Source: an uncultured Verrucomicrobiae bacterium (GTDB lineage Bacteria > Verrucomicrobiota > Verrucomicrobiia > Chthoniobacterales > Terrimicrobiaceae). Taken from it: DNA of 64,000 bases. Where the stretch lies: contig CAVPOC010000008.1 of assembly GCA_963706955.1 (NCBI GenBank), positions 896,001 to 960,000 on the forward strand, written 5' to 3'. The notes under the pieces were generated by a model. The model saw only the letters and a list, made by a program, of their open reading frames with translations, was not told where the DNA came from and did no database searches. The translations under genes and the position numbers were made by a program. Shown here piece after piece: positions 31,929-41,187 of this stretch (positions are counted from its first letter, which is position 1; the number at the start of each line of letters is the position of its first letter).

Positions 31929-33506
31929 ATGATAGAAACCGTAAAGAAAATTTTAGGCATCGGAAAGAAAACCACGGGGATAAAGCTGATTGTCAGCTGC
32001 GAGCGACTCGAAAAACGAGTCGCCTTACTTGAGAACAACCGACTCGAAGAGTACACGACAGAACGCGAATCCGACCGCAACATTGTCGGAGCCATTTACA
32101 AGGGGAAAGTTCGCAACATCGAACAAGGGATCAAAGCGATGTTCGTGGATATCGGGTTCGAGAAGAATGCTTTTCTCCAATTCTGGGATGCGATTCCGGC
32201 CGCCTTGGACAGCGGCGTGGAAGCGGTCACGCGCGACGGAGCCAAGAAAAAGGGGCAAAAAATCACCCACAAGGATGTGCCCAAGATTTACCCCGCCGGC
32301 TCCGACATCCTCGTTCAGGTAAAGAAAGGGCCGATCGGCAACAAGGGGCCGCGCATCACGACAGACATCAGCCTGGCCGGGCGATACCTCGTGCTGATGC
32401 CCTTCAATGATCAATTCGGCATTTCCCGGAAGATCGATGATCCCAAGGAGCGGGAAAGGCTTCGCAAGGTGCTTCGCACTCTCGAAGTGCCCGAAAGCCA
32501 TGGGCGTCATCATTCGCACGGTCGGCCAAGGTCAGCGGACCAGATATTTCATCCGCGATTTAAGTATCCTGCTGCAGCAATGGGATGACATTCAGCGGGG
32601 ACTTGAGGAACTGCCGGCGCCGGTGTGCTTGTTCCAGGAACCCGATCTGATCGAGCGGACCGTCCGCGATTTTCTCACCGATGAGGTGGATGCGGTCATC
32701 ATCGACGACGCCAAAGCCTATGAGCGCGATCCAGGAACTTGTTGGGCAGATCTCGTCGCGAGCCCGCAAGCGCATTCAACACTACACAGGTTCACAACCT
32801 GTCTTTGACTGCTTTGGTGTCCAGGCGCAAATCGACGCAGCCTTTCACCGCCAGGTTTGGCTTCCTTGCGGCGGCTACATCGTCATCGATGAAACCGAGG
32901 CTCTCATCGCCGTGGACGTGAACACCGGACGCAACAAAGGGCGCCAAGGACATCGAGCGAACGATCCTGCAGACAAACCTTGAAGCCGCCGATGAAATAT
33001 GTCGCCAAATGCGCCTTCGCAACGTCGGCGGAATTATTATTGCCGACTTCATCGACATGAATAGCCGGAAAGATCAGCAGGCTGTCTATCAGCGCGTCAA
33101 GGAGCGCCTCAAGCGAGACAAGGCCCGCACTCATGTGCTGCCAATCTCCCAGCTTGGGCTCATGGAGATGACGCGCCAACGAGCCGCCGAGAGCTTGGCC
33201 AGCACGCAATTCGTGCCGTGTCCGCACTGCCACGGCCGCGGAGTCGTCAAAAGCCCGATGACGATGAGTGTCGAGCTTCAACGAGCTTTGCACTCGGTCA
33301 TGCGCAAGCACCAGGACACCGTGCACGAGGTCAAGGTGGTCGTTCATCCCGATCTGTTGAATCGGCTCCGCACCGAAGACGAGGAGCACCTCGTCGATAT
33401 TGAGCGGCGCTATTCGGGCCGACTCTCTTTTCGTTCTGATCCCACCTACCACCAGGAAAAATTCGTGATCACGAACGCGCTGTCGGGCGAAGAACTAAGG
33501 CCGTAG
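31929..33506 (+). CDS. rng: Rne/Rng family ribonuclease (three frameshifts near 32498, 32728, 32942)
   Basis: S1 domain IYKGKV...FVDIG, GVIIRT, VDVNTG, RLRNVGGIIIADFIDM, CPHCHGRG split over four ORFs. Confidence 0.9.
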
Positions 33507-33511
33507 CGCGC

Positions 33512-33842
33512 TTACCTCTCGGCGCCGAGTCGCTGCAAATACGAAAAGCTAGTAAATCCCGGTGCGATGGCCATCGCCCCAGCGAGGTTGCCATCCGTAA
33601 CCACCCACGATTTCCCAACCCTGCAGATCGAAACTCGTCGGCTGAAAGTGCACCTCCGGCCGCACCGCCCGGCCAAGGACATCGGGTTCGCCTCCGCATG
33701 CGGCGCACGGGCAGGCGCGCCGAAGTTTCTCCAGCGAGAGATACGTTTCCTCGCCATTCGACCAGGCAATGGCAAGTTCGGATCCAATCTTTTGAATCGC
33801 CTTCGGCCGGAGCACAACTAATCCTTCCGATTTTCGGCGCAT
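33512..33842 (-). CDS. DUF971 (GBBH-like N-terminal) protein (frameshift near 33550)
   Basis: LRRACPCAAC, VGGYG, WGDGHRTGIY then SFSYL in the next frame. Confidence 0.85.
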
Positions 33843-34005
33843 AATTGCAACGGGCTTCGGAGTTTGTCGCCTGCCCGGGCTCGCCGGCGAGTTCTTGAGT
33901 CGCTTCCGTGTCATCGTAACGGCAAGGTGGTTTTGGTTCGCCAAGATGCCGGTTTCCAAGAAGAGTTGGCGGCGATGATCGTAAGTTCAGGCATCCGCAA
34001 GAAAA

Positions 34006-34944
34006 ATGGTGCTTGTTGACACTCTTGCACCGCTCGTTTTGCTGATTGCCCTCGGCGCCGCTCTGGCGAGGATCCGCTTTCTCGGCAGCGCGTTCATTGC
34101 CGACCTGAATAAACTTGCCTTTTGGATTGCCTTGCCCGCGCTCCTCTTTACCTCGGCGAGCGGTGCGGCCGCGCCGAATAGCGGGACTTTCCGCCTCTTT
34201 GCGGTGCTGGTGGTCGGCACGGCGTTAATAACCCTCCTGGCCTTCGCTGCGAGTTTCGCTCTGAGGATGCCTGCAAGCACTCGCGGGACGCTCATGCAAG
34301 CGGCCTTCCGCGGTAATCTTGCCTACATCGGAATTCCAGTCCTTGCCTACAGCTTCTCGGAAAGTCCAACCGAAAGCAGCACCCGCGCTCTGGCGATGGC
34401 GGTGATCGTGATGGTGTTCACGATGGCGCTCTACAACATTCTTGCGGTGATCGTCCTCCAATCAAGCATCCACGCACCTGGCGGCATCGATTGGCGGCGC
34501 TCGGCACTCGCCATTCTTAGCAATCCGCTGCTCCTGGCCGGTCTGCTGGGCTTGATCGTCCCGCTCTTGCAAATTACCCTGCCTTCTTTCCTGCAGCGAG
34601 CCCTCGAAGCACTCGGCGCCGCCGCAGTGCCGATCGCACTAATGTGCATCGGCGGTTCGTTAGCAACGGCAAGGTTGCAAGGGCGACGTTCGTGGATCGT
34701 TGCGGCGGCCCTCCTGAAAGTGGCGGTGCTGCCCTTTCTTGTTTTCCTCTTGACGCGGCTGGCGGGACTCGAGCCAGCCGACCAGCGCACTGCCCTCGTT
34801 TTAGCCTCCTGCCCAACTGCCGCGGCAGCATTCGTTATGGCACGTCAAATGGGCGGCGACGAAGCACTTGCCTCCGGTTCGATTGCCCTCAGCACTTTGT
34901 TTTCGTTCATCAGTCTGAGCGTGGCCCTGTGGGTAACCTCATAG
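34006..34944 (+). CDS. AEC (auxin efflux carrier) family transporter
   Basis: ALPALLF, FRGNLAYIGIP, ALMCIG, CPTA; about 10 TM. Confidence 0.88.
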   Translation: MVLVDTLAPLVLLIALGAALARIRFLGSAFIADLNKLAFWIALPALLFTSASGAAAPNSGTFRLFAVLVVGTALITLLAFAASFALRMPASTRGTLMQAAFRGNLAYIGIPVLAYSFSESPTESSTRALAMAVIVMVFTMALYNILAVIVLQSSIHAPGGIDWRRSALAILSNPLLLAGLLGLIVPLLQITLPSFLQRALEALGAAAVPIALMCIGGSLATARLQGRRSWIVAAALLKVAVLPFLVFLLTRLAGLEPADQRTALVLASCPTAAAAFVMARQMGGDEALASGSIALSTLFSFISLSVALWVTS

Positions 34945-34954
34945 CAGCGGCACG

Positions 34955-35015
34955 TTACAGCGACGGTGTCCTCACCGTCGGAGATCAGTCGGCGGCGCGG
35001 ACGCCGCCGCGACAA
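34955..35015. repeat. REPIN (family B) between convergent genes
   Basis: ACAGCGACGGTGTCCTCACCGTCG ... CGGCGGCGCGGACGCCGCCGCGAC. Confidence 0.72.
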
Positions 35016-35024
35016 ATAACGACG

Positions 35025-35939
35025 TCAGTATTCCCTGGCGAGCAGGTGATCGGCGAGTTGACGGAGTCGCACTCCACCGCTCCCGAATGGCTGGAGCGCT
35101 CGATTAGCCAACGCCGTCAGCCGACGGGCTTCTCGGCGCGCGCTTTCCAAACCGAGGAGCGCGGGATAGGTGGTCTTCTGCGCGGCGATGTCCTTGCCGG
35201 CGCTCTTGCCAAGCTTTTCGCTTGTTTGCGTAACATCGAGGATGTCGTCGATCACTTGAAAAGCGAGTCCGAGGTAATGTCCGAACCTGCCCACGCTGGC
35301 AACGAGCGCCGGCCCGGCGTTAACGGCCATGGCACCTAGTTTGAGGCTCGCCGCGATCATTGCTCCTGTCTTGCACTCGTGGATATAGCGCAACTCGCGT
35401 CGGGACGATTTTTTTCCCTCTGCTTCCAAATCTGCGACCTGACCGGCGATCAATCGCCTGCTGCCGGCGGCAAAGGCCAGCTCGCTCAGGAAGTCTTTGA
35501 GGCGGTATCGCCGCGTCTCCTGGATCGACGCCAGGATCTCAAAGCCGGCCGTCAGCAACGCATCACCAGCCAAAACTGCGATTGCTTCGCCAAATACTTT
35601 GTGGGAAGTCGGCCGCCCGCGGCGCAAATCGTCATCATCCATGCACGGCAGATCGTCATGGATGAGCGAATAGGTGTGGACGCACTCGACGGCGCAGGCG
35701 GGAAAAATGGCATTGTCATAGCTACCCGCACACGCCTCCGCTGCCGCCAGACAGAGAATTGGACGCATCCGCTTCCCCCCCGCAAAGAGGCTGTATCGGA
35801 TGGCGCGATGAATGGTTGCCGGCTTAACCGACGTCCTTGGAAGAAGGCGATCAAGCGCGGAGTCGACCTCGCTGGAACGTTCACGCAGATAACTCTCCAG
35901 CGGTGGATCCGACCGGAGCTGGAGTGGCTCTTTGTTCAT
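35025..35939 (-). CDS. ispA: Farnesyl/geranylgeranyl diphosphate synthase
   Basis: GGKRMRP, HDDLPCMDDDDLRRG, FQVIDDILD, GKD. Confidence 0.92.
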   Translation of the reverse strand: MNKEPLQLRSDPPLESYLRERSSEVDSALDRLLPRTSVKPATIHRAIRYSLFAGGKRMRPILCLAAAEACAGSYDNAIFPACAVECVHTYSLIHDDLPCMDDDDLRRGRPTSHKVFGEAIAVLAGDALLTAGFEILASIQETRRYRLKDFLSELAFAAGSRRLIAGQVADLEAEGKKSSRRELRYIHECKTGAMIAASLKLGAMAVNAGPALVASVGRFGHYLGLAFQVIDDILDVTQTSEKLGKSAGKDIAAQKTTYPALLGLESARREARRLTALANRALQPFGSGGVRLRQLADHLLAREY

Positions 35940-36041
35940 AGTTTTTTCGCTTGCCGGGTAGGCGCATCTTGCACGGAAAGCAAATCTTTGGAAGCACCGC
36001 TTGCGATGTTATGCGAGCAGGAAGATGATTCCCGCTCTCCA

Positions 36042-36629
36042 ATGAATCCGCTTCGACTTGGCGTTCTCGGTTCGGGAAAAGGCTCGAACTTCCGCGCCAT
36101 TCTCCAGGCGATCCAAGAGGGAGGGCTGAACGCTAGCGTGGCCCTCGTCTGCTCCGATGTGCCCGACGCGGGCATTTTGCAGCTGGCGCGCGCTGCCGGT
36201 CTGGAGACGCGAACCATAGAGGAGCAAAGGTTTAAGACGCGACTCTCCACGGAATGTGAAGAGAAGCTGGTCGCCCAATTGCGCGACGCCAAAGTCGATC
36301 TCGTCGTCCTTGCCGGCTACATGCGCATGCTCAAGGATCCGATGCTCACCGCCTTTCCCCGGCGCATTATCAACATCCATCCTTCCCTTCTGCCTCAGTT
36401 CCCGGGCCTGGAGGCTTGGCGCCAGGCGCTCGCGGCCGGCGAATCGATTACCGGCTGCAGCGTGCACTTTGTTGATGAAGGGATGGACAGTGGCGAGATC
36501 ATCGCGCAGGCCCCTGTCCCTGTGCTCCCCGATGATACTCCGGAACGCCTGCACGCACGCATCCAGCAGGCGGAGCACCGGCTCTACCCGGAAGTCATCG
36601 GCAAGTTCACGCGCGGCGAATTGCCATGA
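36042..36629 (+). CDS. purN: Phosphoribosylglycinamide formyltransferase
   Basis: SGKGSN, LAGYMR, NIHPSLLP, GCSVHFV, D.GEII. Confidence 0.96.
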   Translation: MNPLRLGVLGSGKGSNFRAILQAIQEGGLNASVALVCSDVPDAGILQLARAAGLETRTIEEQRFKTRLSTECEEKLVAQLRDAKVDLVVLAGYMRMLKDPMLTAFPRRIINIHPSLLPQFPGLEAWRQALAAGESITGCSVHFVDEGMDSGEIIAQAPVPVLPDDTPERLHARIQQAEHRLYPEVIGKFTRGELP

Positions 36630-38629
36630 GCCGGTTCCGCATCTTTGATCTGAACCCCGCGCAACTACAAGCGGTCCAGCATGAGGAAGGTCCGCTGCTG
36701 ATTCTTGCGGGCGCCGGGACGGGGAAAACGCGGACCATCACGGCGCGAATCGCCTGGTTGATCGCTCAAGGCGAGGATCCTTCGAAAATACGCGCCGTGA
36801 CCTTCACCAATAAGGCGGCGCGTGAAATGAAGGAGAGAATTGCGGAGATGGTCGAGCCCGAACAAGCCAAGCTTGTGACCGCCTCGACTTTCCATGCGCT
36901 CTGCTTGAGAATCCTTCGCACCGACGCACAGCGCCTCGGTTACAAAGCGAATTTCAGCATCTTCGACGAAAGCGACCAACTGGGTCTGATCAAGAAGATC
37001 ATCACTCGCGTTTGCGCTCGCGATGAGAAGCTTGACGTGCAGTTGGCAAAGAACCTCATTAGCAAAGCGAAGAACAATGGTTGGCCTGCGCGCGACGACG
37101 AGGAGACTCTCATCGGTGCAGTATTTCACCGCTATGAACAGGAACTTCGCGCTCTCAACGCGATGGACTTTGACGATCTGCTCGCTCAATCGGTCCGCCT
37201 CTTGTCGGAATTCCCGGAAGTCCGCACCAAATGGCAGTTGAACACACGGCAGCTGCTGGTTGATGAATTTCAGGATACCAATCGCCTGCAACTCGAACTC
37301 GTTACCTGCCTGGCCAGCGGGAAGCCGCCGAACGTCTGTGTGGTCGGCGATGATGATCAAAGCATCTATGGATGGCGGGGCGCGGAGGTATCGAACATCC
37401 TCGAGTTTGAAAATCACTTTCCGAATCCTCGGATCATTCGCCTCGAACAGAATTATCGCAGCACGAACTCGATTCTAAGCGCGGCCAACCGGCTCATCGC
37501 GCACAATCCTCGCCGGCACCCAAAGAAGCTCTGGTGTCCTCGTCAGGATGGCGAGTCGGTTCGTGTCATTGCGGTGCCAGACGACCGCACCGAAGCTGAA
37601 TTCGTGACGCATGAGGTAGCAGCGCTCTGCGCCGGTGGCGGTGCCTCCTACAAGCAAGTGGCCGTCATTTATCGGATGAACGCGCAGTCCAGACTGCTTG
37701 AGGAAAACTTTCGCCGGCTCAGAATTCCGTATCGTCTGGTCGGGGGGAGAAGCTTTTTTGAGAGACGGGAGATCAAAGACCTTACCGCCTACATAGCCGT
37801 ATTCTTAAATCCGTCCGATGATGCTTCCCTTTTGCGGATCATCAATTCTCCGGCTCGCGGGATCGGCGCGGCGACCGTTGAGCTTGCCCTCAGCTTCAGC
37901 GTGGAGAATAAACTGAGCCTGTTTCAGGCACTTCGGGACAGCCGTCATCTCGCTACCTGCACGCGGAAAACGGCTGACGCTATCCTTAAATTTGTGGACG
38001 AAATTGAAGCCGCCCGCGTCCGCATTCAAACGCCCGGAGTCGATTGCGCGCACGTCCTCTCCACCCTTTTGGAGGGATGTGGTTACCTCAGTGATTTGAA
38101 GCGCTCCTGCCGGGATTCGGAAGAATCCTTCGGCCGGGAAGAAAACGTGAAAGAGATGCTCCGAGCATTGGCGGATTACCAGAAGCGAACCGGGCAAGGG
38201 CTGCAAAGCTTCCTCGACGAGATCAGCCTCGATCGCGACCGGGAGGAAGATCCCAAGAAAGTCGCTGATGGCGCCACGTTGATCACTTTGCATGCCGCCA
38301 AAGGCCTGGAATTTGCCCACGTATTCCTCGTCGGTGTGGAAGATGGATTACTCCCGCACGAACGCTCTAAGGCGGAGGGAAACATCGACGAAGAGCGCAG
38401 ATTATTCTACGTCGGTATAACCCGCGCCATGCGTTCCCTCGTTATTACATGGTGCCGCTCCCGGAAAAAGTTCGGCAATCCAACCTTCTGTCGGCCCAGC
38501 CGGTTCTTGCAAGAAATCCGCGGAGCCCAAGTCGAGGACGAAAGTTATGAAGAGCTGATCAATCGACCGATGGAACGGGAGGATGTCGCAGCCCAATTTG
38601 CCCGACTCCGGGCGCAACTAGCGAAATAG
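36626..38629 (+). CDS. UvrD/Rep/PcrA superfamily 1 helicase
   Basis: AGAGTGKT, TFTNKAA, VDEFQDTN, GDDDQSIY, TLHAAKGLE, EERRLFYVGITRA. Confidence 0.95.
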   Translation: MSRFRIFDLNPAQLQAVQHEEGPLLILAGAGTGKTRTITARIAWLIAQGEDPSKIRAVTFTNKAAREMKERIAEMVEPEQAKLVTASTFHALCLRILRTDAQRLGYKANFSIFDESDQLGLIKKIITRVCARDEKLDVQLAKNLISKAKNNGWPARDDEETLIGAVFHRYEQELRALNAMDFDDLLAQSVRLLSEFPEVRTKWQLNTRQLLVDEFQDTNRLQLELVTCLASGKPPNVCVVGDDDQSIYGWRGAEVSNILEFENHFPNPRIIRLEQNYRSTNSILSAANRLIAHNPRRHPKKLWCPRQDGESVRVIAVPDDRTEAEFVTHEVAALCAGGGASYKQVAVIYRMNAQSRLLEENFRRLRIPYRLVGGRSFFERREIKDLTAYIAVFLNPSDDASLLRIINSPARGIGAATVELALSFSVENKLSLFQALRDSRHLATCTRKTADAILKFVDEIEAARVRIQTPGVDCAHVLSTLLEGCGYLSDLKRSCRDSEESFGREENVKEMLRALADYQKRTGQGLQSFLDEISLDRDREEDPKKVADGATLITLHAAKGLEFAHVFLVGVEDGLLPHERSKAEGNIDEERRLFYVGITRAMRSLVITWCRSRKKFGNPTFCRPSRFLQEIRGAQVEDESYEELINRPMEREDVAAQFARLRAQLAK

Positions 38630-38651
38630 TGAGCGAGCCGCATTATTAGAC

Positions 38652-38676
38652 AGGCGGTTGACACAACCGCCTCTAC
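38652..38676 (-). repeat. REP (family A) at RAYT 3' end
   Basis: Minus strand GTAG-AGGCGGTTG-TGT-CAACCGCCT: GTAG foot plus perfect hairpin. Confidence 0.8.
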
Positions 38677-38682
38677 AAAACA

Positions 38683-39132
38683 TCAATCGAAGCGCAAAGG
38701 TACGATCTCGCCTTGATACGGCCAGTTTTCATGCGACGCGGTGAGACCGGCTCTCACTAGATTCTGTCTCACGTATTCCCACTTTTGCGCGTAGCTATCT
38801 TCGCCGCGCAATAAATGGTCGAAAAATCCCTCCTGCCAATGCGGAGCCTGCTCGAGAATGCTTGCTGAGATGCTGCGCTTGAGATTGCGAACCCATTGCA
38901 TGAGAGAAACATTAGGGTTGAGACGGACGAAAAGATGAATGTGATCGGGCATCAACACATACCGGTCCACACCGACTCCCAGCGATAAGCCTCTTTCGCA
39001 ATAGGCCAGAAAGACTCTGTGTACTTCCGCATCGGCCAAAAGACACTTGCGCTTATACGTGTTAAGCGTCACGAAAAACAATGGCATCGCGTAACGCTGA
39101 AACACCTCAAGGCGTGGCGGTCGATTAGACAC
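38683..39132 (-). mobile_element. REP-associated tyrosine transposase (RAYT, IS200/IS605-like Y1 HUH)
   Basis: FFVTLNT, YVLMPDHIH (HUH), WQEGFFDHLLR, YVRQN, WPY; REP-like hairpins on both sides (38652..38676; degenerate 39158..39185). Confidence 0.88.
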
Positions 39133-39201
39133 GCCGACGTTTAACCTGTCGAGAGTGAGCGTAGTTGACACAAGCGCCCGGACAAAGGCATCTCTTCCGC
39201 G

Positions 39202-39984
39202 ATGAAGTTTGGAATTCTGGGAGCGATGCCACAGGAAGTCGCCTTGATGGCGCGTTCGATCAGTGTGCGTGACAGTGTCGAATTGGGGATGCGGACGTTT
39301 TTCGAGGGCACTTGGGAAGGTCAGGAGGTCGTGCTGGTGCTCTCCCGCGTGGGGAAAGTTTCCGCGGCAATTAGCACTCTGCTGCTGCTCGAACGTTTTG
39401 GCGCAACCCATATCGTCTTCACGGGATTGGCGGGCGCAATCGATCCCGGCTTGCGAATCGGCGATGTGGTCATCGCCGAGCGCCTCGTGCAACACGACAT
39501 GGACGCCAGCCCACTGCCGGCCTTCAAACGGTTTGAGATTCCTCTGCTTGGAAAAATCTACTTTGAGACTGGTCTCTCGCAGGAAGCAGCCGACGCGGCC
39601 ATTCACTATACCCAGGGCGACTTCTTACATGAAGTGACGCCCGAGCAGCGATCGGCTTTCGGTATGGACCGGCCAAGAGTCTTCAGCGGTTTGGTGGCGA
39701 GCGGCGATCAGTTCCTCACAGATCCGATCAAGACCGCGGAGCTTCGCGACGCATTACCCGGGTTGCTCTGCGCCGAGATGGAAGGGGCCGCCGTCGCGCA
39801 GGTCTGCCACGAAATGGGCGGGATACCTACGGCCATCATTCGCGTGATTTCCGACCAGGCAGATCATTCGGCGCCAGTTGATTTCCTCCGGTTCATTGAC
39901 GAGGTGGCTGAATATCTTACTGGCGGCATCGTCCGATCGCTATTGACCTCGTTCACGACACGGCTGCCGTTCGCGCAAGCATAG
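39202..39984 (+). CDS. mtnN: 5'-methylthioadenosine/S-adenosylhomocysteine nucleosidase
   Basis: GILGAMPQE, VGKVSAA, TGLAG, SGDQF, EMEGAAVAQ, RVISD. Confidence 0.94.
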   Translation: MKFGILGAMPQEVALMARSISVRDSVELGMRTFFEGTWEGQEVVLVLSRVGKVSAAISTLLLLERFGATHIVFTGLAGAIDPGLRIGDVVIAERLVQHDMDASPLPAFKRFEIPLLGKIYFETGLSQEAADAAIHYTQGDFLHEVTPEQRSAFGMDRPRVFSGLVASGDQFLTDPIKTAELRDALPGLLCAEMEGAAVAQVCHEMGGIPTAIIRVISDQADHSAPVDFLRFIDEVAEYLTGGIVRSLLTSFTTRLPFAQA

Positions 39985-40026
39985 CAATCACTGGACAGCG
40001 CGGCTCACGTCATCGAAACTCCTCCC

Positions 40027-40227
40027 ATGAGCGCAGGACAAGGATCTACCGGAAACGTGATTGCAGCACTGGCCAGCTTCTTTATCCCAGGCCTTGGGCA
40101 ATTGATCCAGGGCCGCTTCTTGCGCGCGTTGGTTTTCTTTGTGGCGGCCGCACTTCTCTGGCTTATCTGGATGGGATGGATCATGCATCTTTGGTCGATC
40201 ATCGACGCTGCATTGTGGAAGCCTTAG
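40027..40227 (+). CDS. Small membrane protein (PGLGQ motif)
   Basis: AALASFFIPGLGQL...WSIIDAA. Confidence 0.75.
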   Translation: MSAGQGSTGNVIAALASFFIPGLGQLIQGRFLRALVFFVAAALLWLIWMGWIMHLWSIIDAALWKP

Positions 40228-40348
40228 TGCGGCCTTAGGCTCCACATCGATGGCGCTCCAGGGCTTGTGACTGGCTTAGGCCCTCTGATATTTCTCGCAG
40301 AATCCTCCAAGTTCTGTTTTCTAGCAGCCAGACAGGAGGATAATTGCT

Positions 40349-41101
40349 GTGACGCTTCTTGGAATCGACATTGGTGGGACTGGAATCAAAGGCGCTCCGG
40401 TTGACGTGGAAACAGGCCAACTCGTCGGCGAGCGTTTCCGAATTGATACTCCCCGCCCGGCTCTGCCCAACGCCGTCGCCGATGTGGTCGAACGAATTGC
40501 CGAACATTTCAATTATCGTGGGCCGGCTGGCGTCACTTTTCCGGCGGTTGTCAAACACGGCGTCACCTATACGGCGGCAAACGTCGACCGGTCATGGATC
40601 GGAACGAATGCGGGGGAGCTCTTTTCCCAGCACGTCGGAGGACCTGTTACGGTGGTGAACGATGCAGACGCCGCCGGAGTCGCGGAAATTCGTTTCGGCG
40701 CCGGCAAGGATCGCAAAGGCGTCATCATCTTGCTGACCTTGGGAACTGGAATCGGTTCCGCGGTTTTCCTCGATGGGAAGCTCCTGCCAAACAGCGAATT
40801 CGGCCATCTGATGATCCGCGGGAAGGAAGCCGAGAAACGCGCCTCGGAAAGGGTTCGTGAGCTGCGGCAGCTCTCCTGGAAAGAATGGGCGGAAAGGCTG
40901 AGCGAATTTCTCAACGAGCTGGAAAAACTCTTCTCACCCGATCTCTTCATCATGGGCGGTGGGATCAGCAAGAAGGCGGAAAAGTTCTTCCCATATCTCA
41001 AGACCAAGACCGAGGTGATCGTTGTGCCCGCGCAGATGCGAAACGAGGCAGGAATAATCGGCGCCGCTTACCTGGCTCACATTTCGAGCCAGCAGCCGTA
41101 A
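40349..41101 (+). CDS. ppgK: Polyphosphate glucokinase (ROK family)
   Basis: [47 protein letters not shown]. Confidence 0.9.
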   Translation: MTLLGIDIGGTGIKGAPVDVETGQLVGERFRIDTPRPALPNAVADVVERIAEHFNYRGPAGVTFPAVVKHGVTYTAANVDRSWIGTNAGELFSQHVGGPVTVVNDADAAGVAEIRFGAGKDRKGVIILLTLGTGIGSAVFLDGKLLPNSEFGHLMIRGKEAEKRASERVRELRQLSWKEWAERLSEFLNELEKLFSPDLFIMGGGISKKAEKFFPYLKTKTEVIVVPAQMRNEAGIIGAAYLAHISSQQP

Positions 41102-41187
41102 CTTCCGGCAGCTTTCCGAAGGGTTCATCGCGCCATCAGAGGCACCAATTGCCTTTACGCTGCGAGGCACTTCTCCATATTCCGCAT

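Noticed and set aside
31929..33506. Programmed frameshifting or true pseudogenisation of rng and trpF
   Set aside because: No consistent slippery motif, and indels are spread across the whole window, so sequencing error is the simpler explanation.
35379..36041. N-terminal extensions of purN (also RAYT to 39606, CDF to 2691, ppaC to 16611)
   Set aside because: The extensions overlap divergent genes; family homology starts at the downstream start codons used above.
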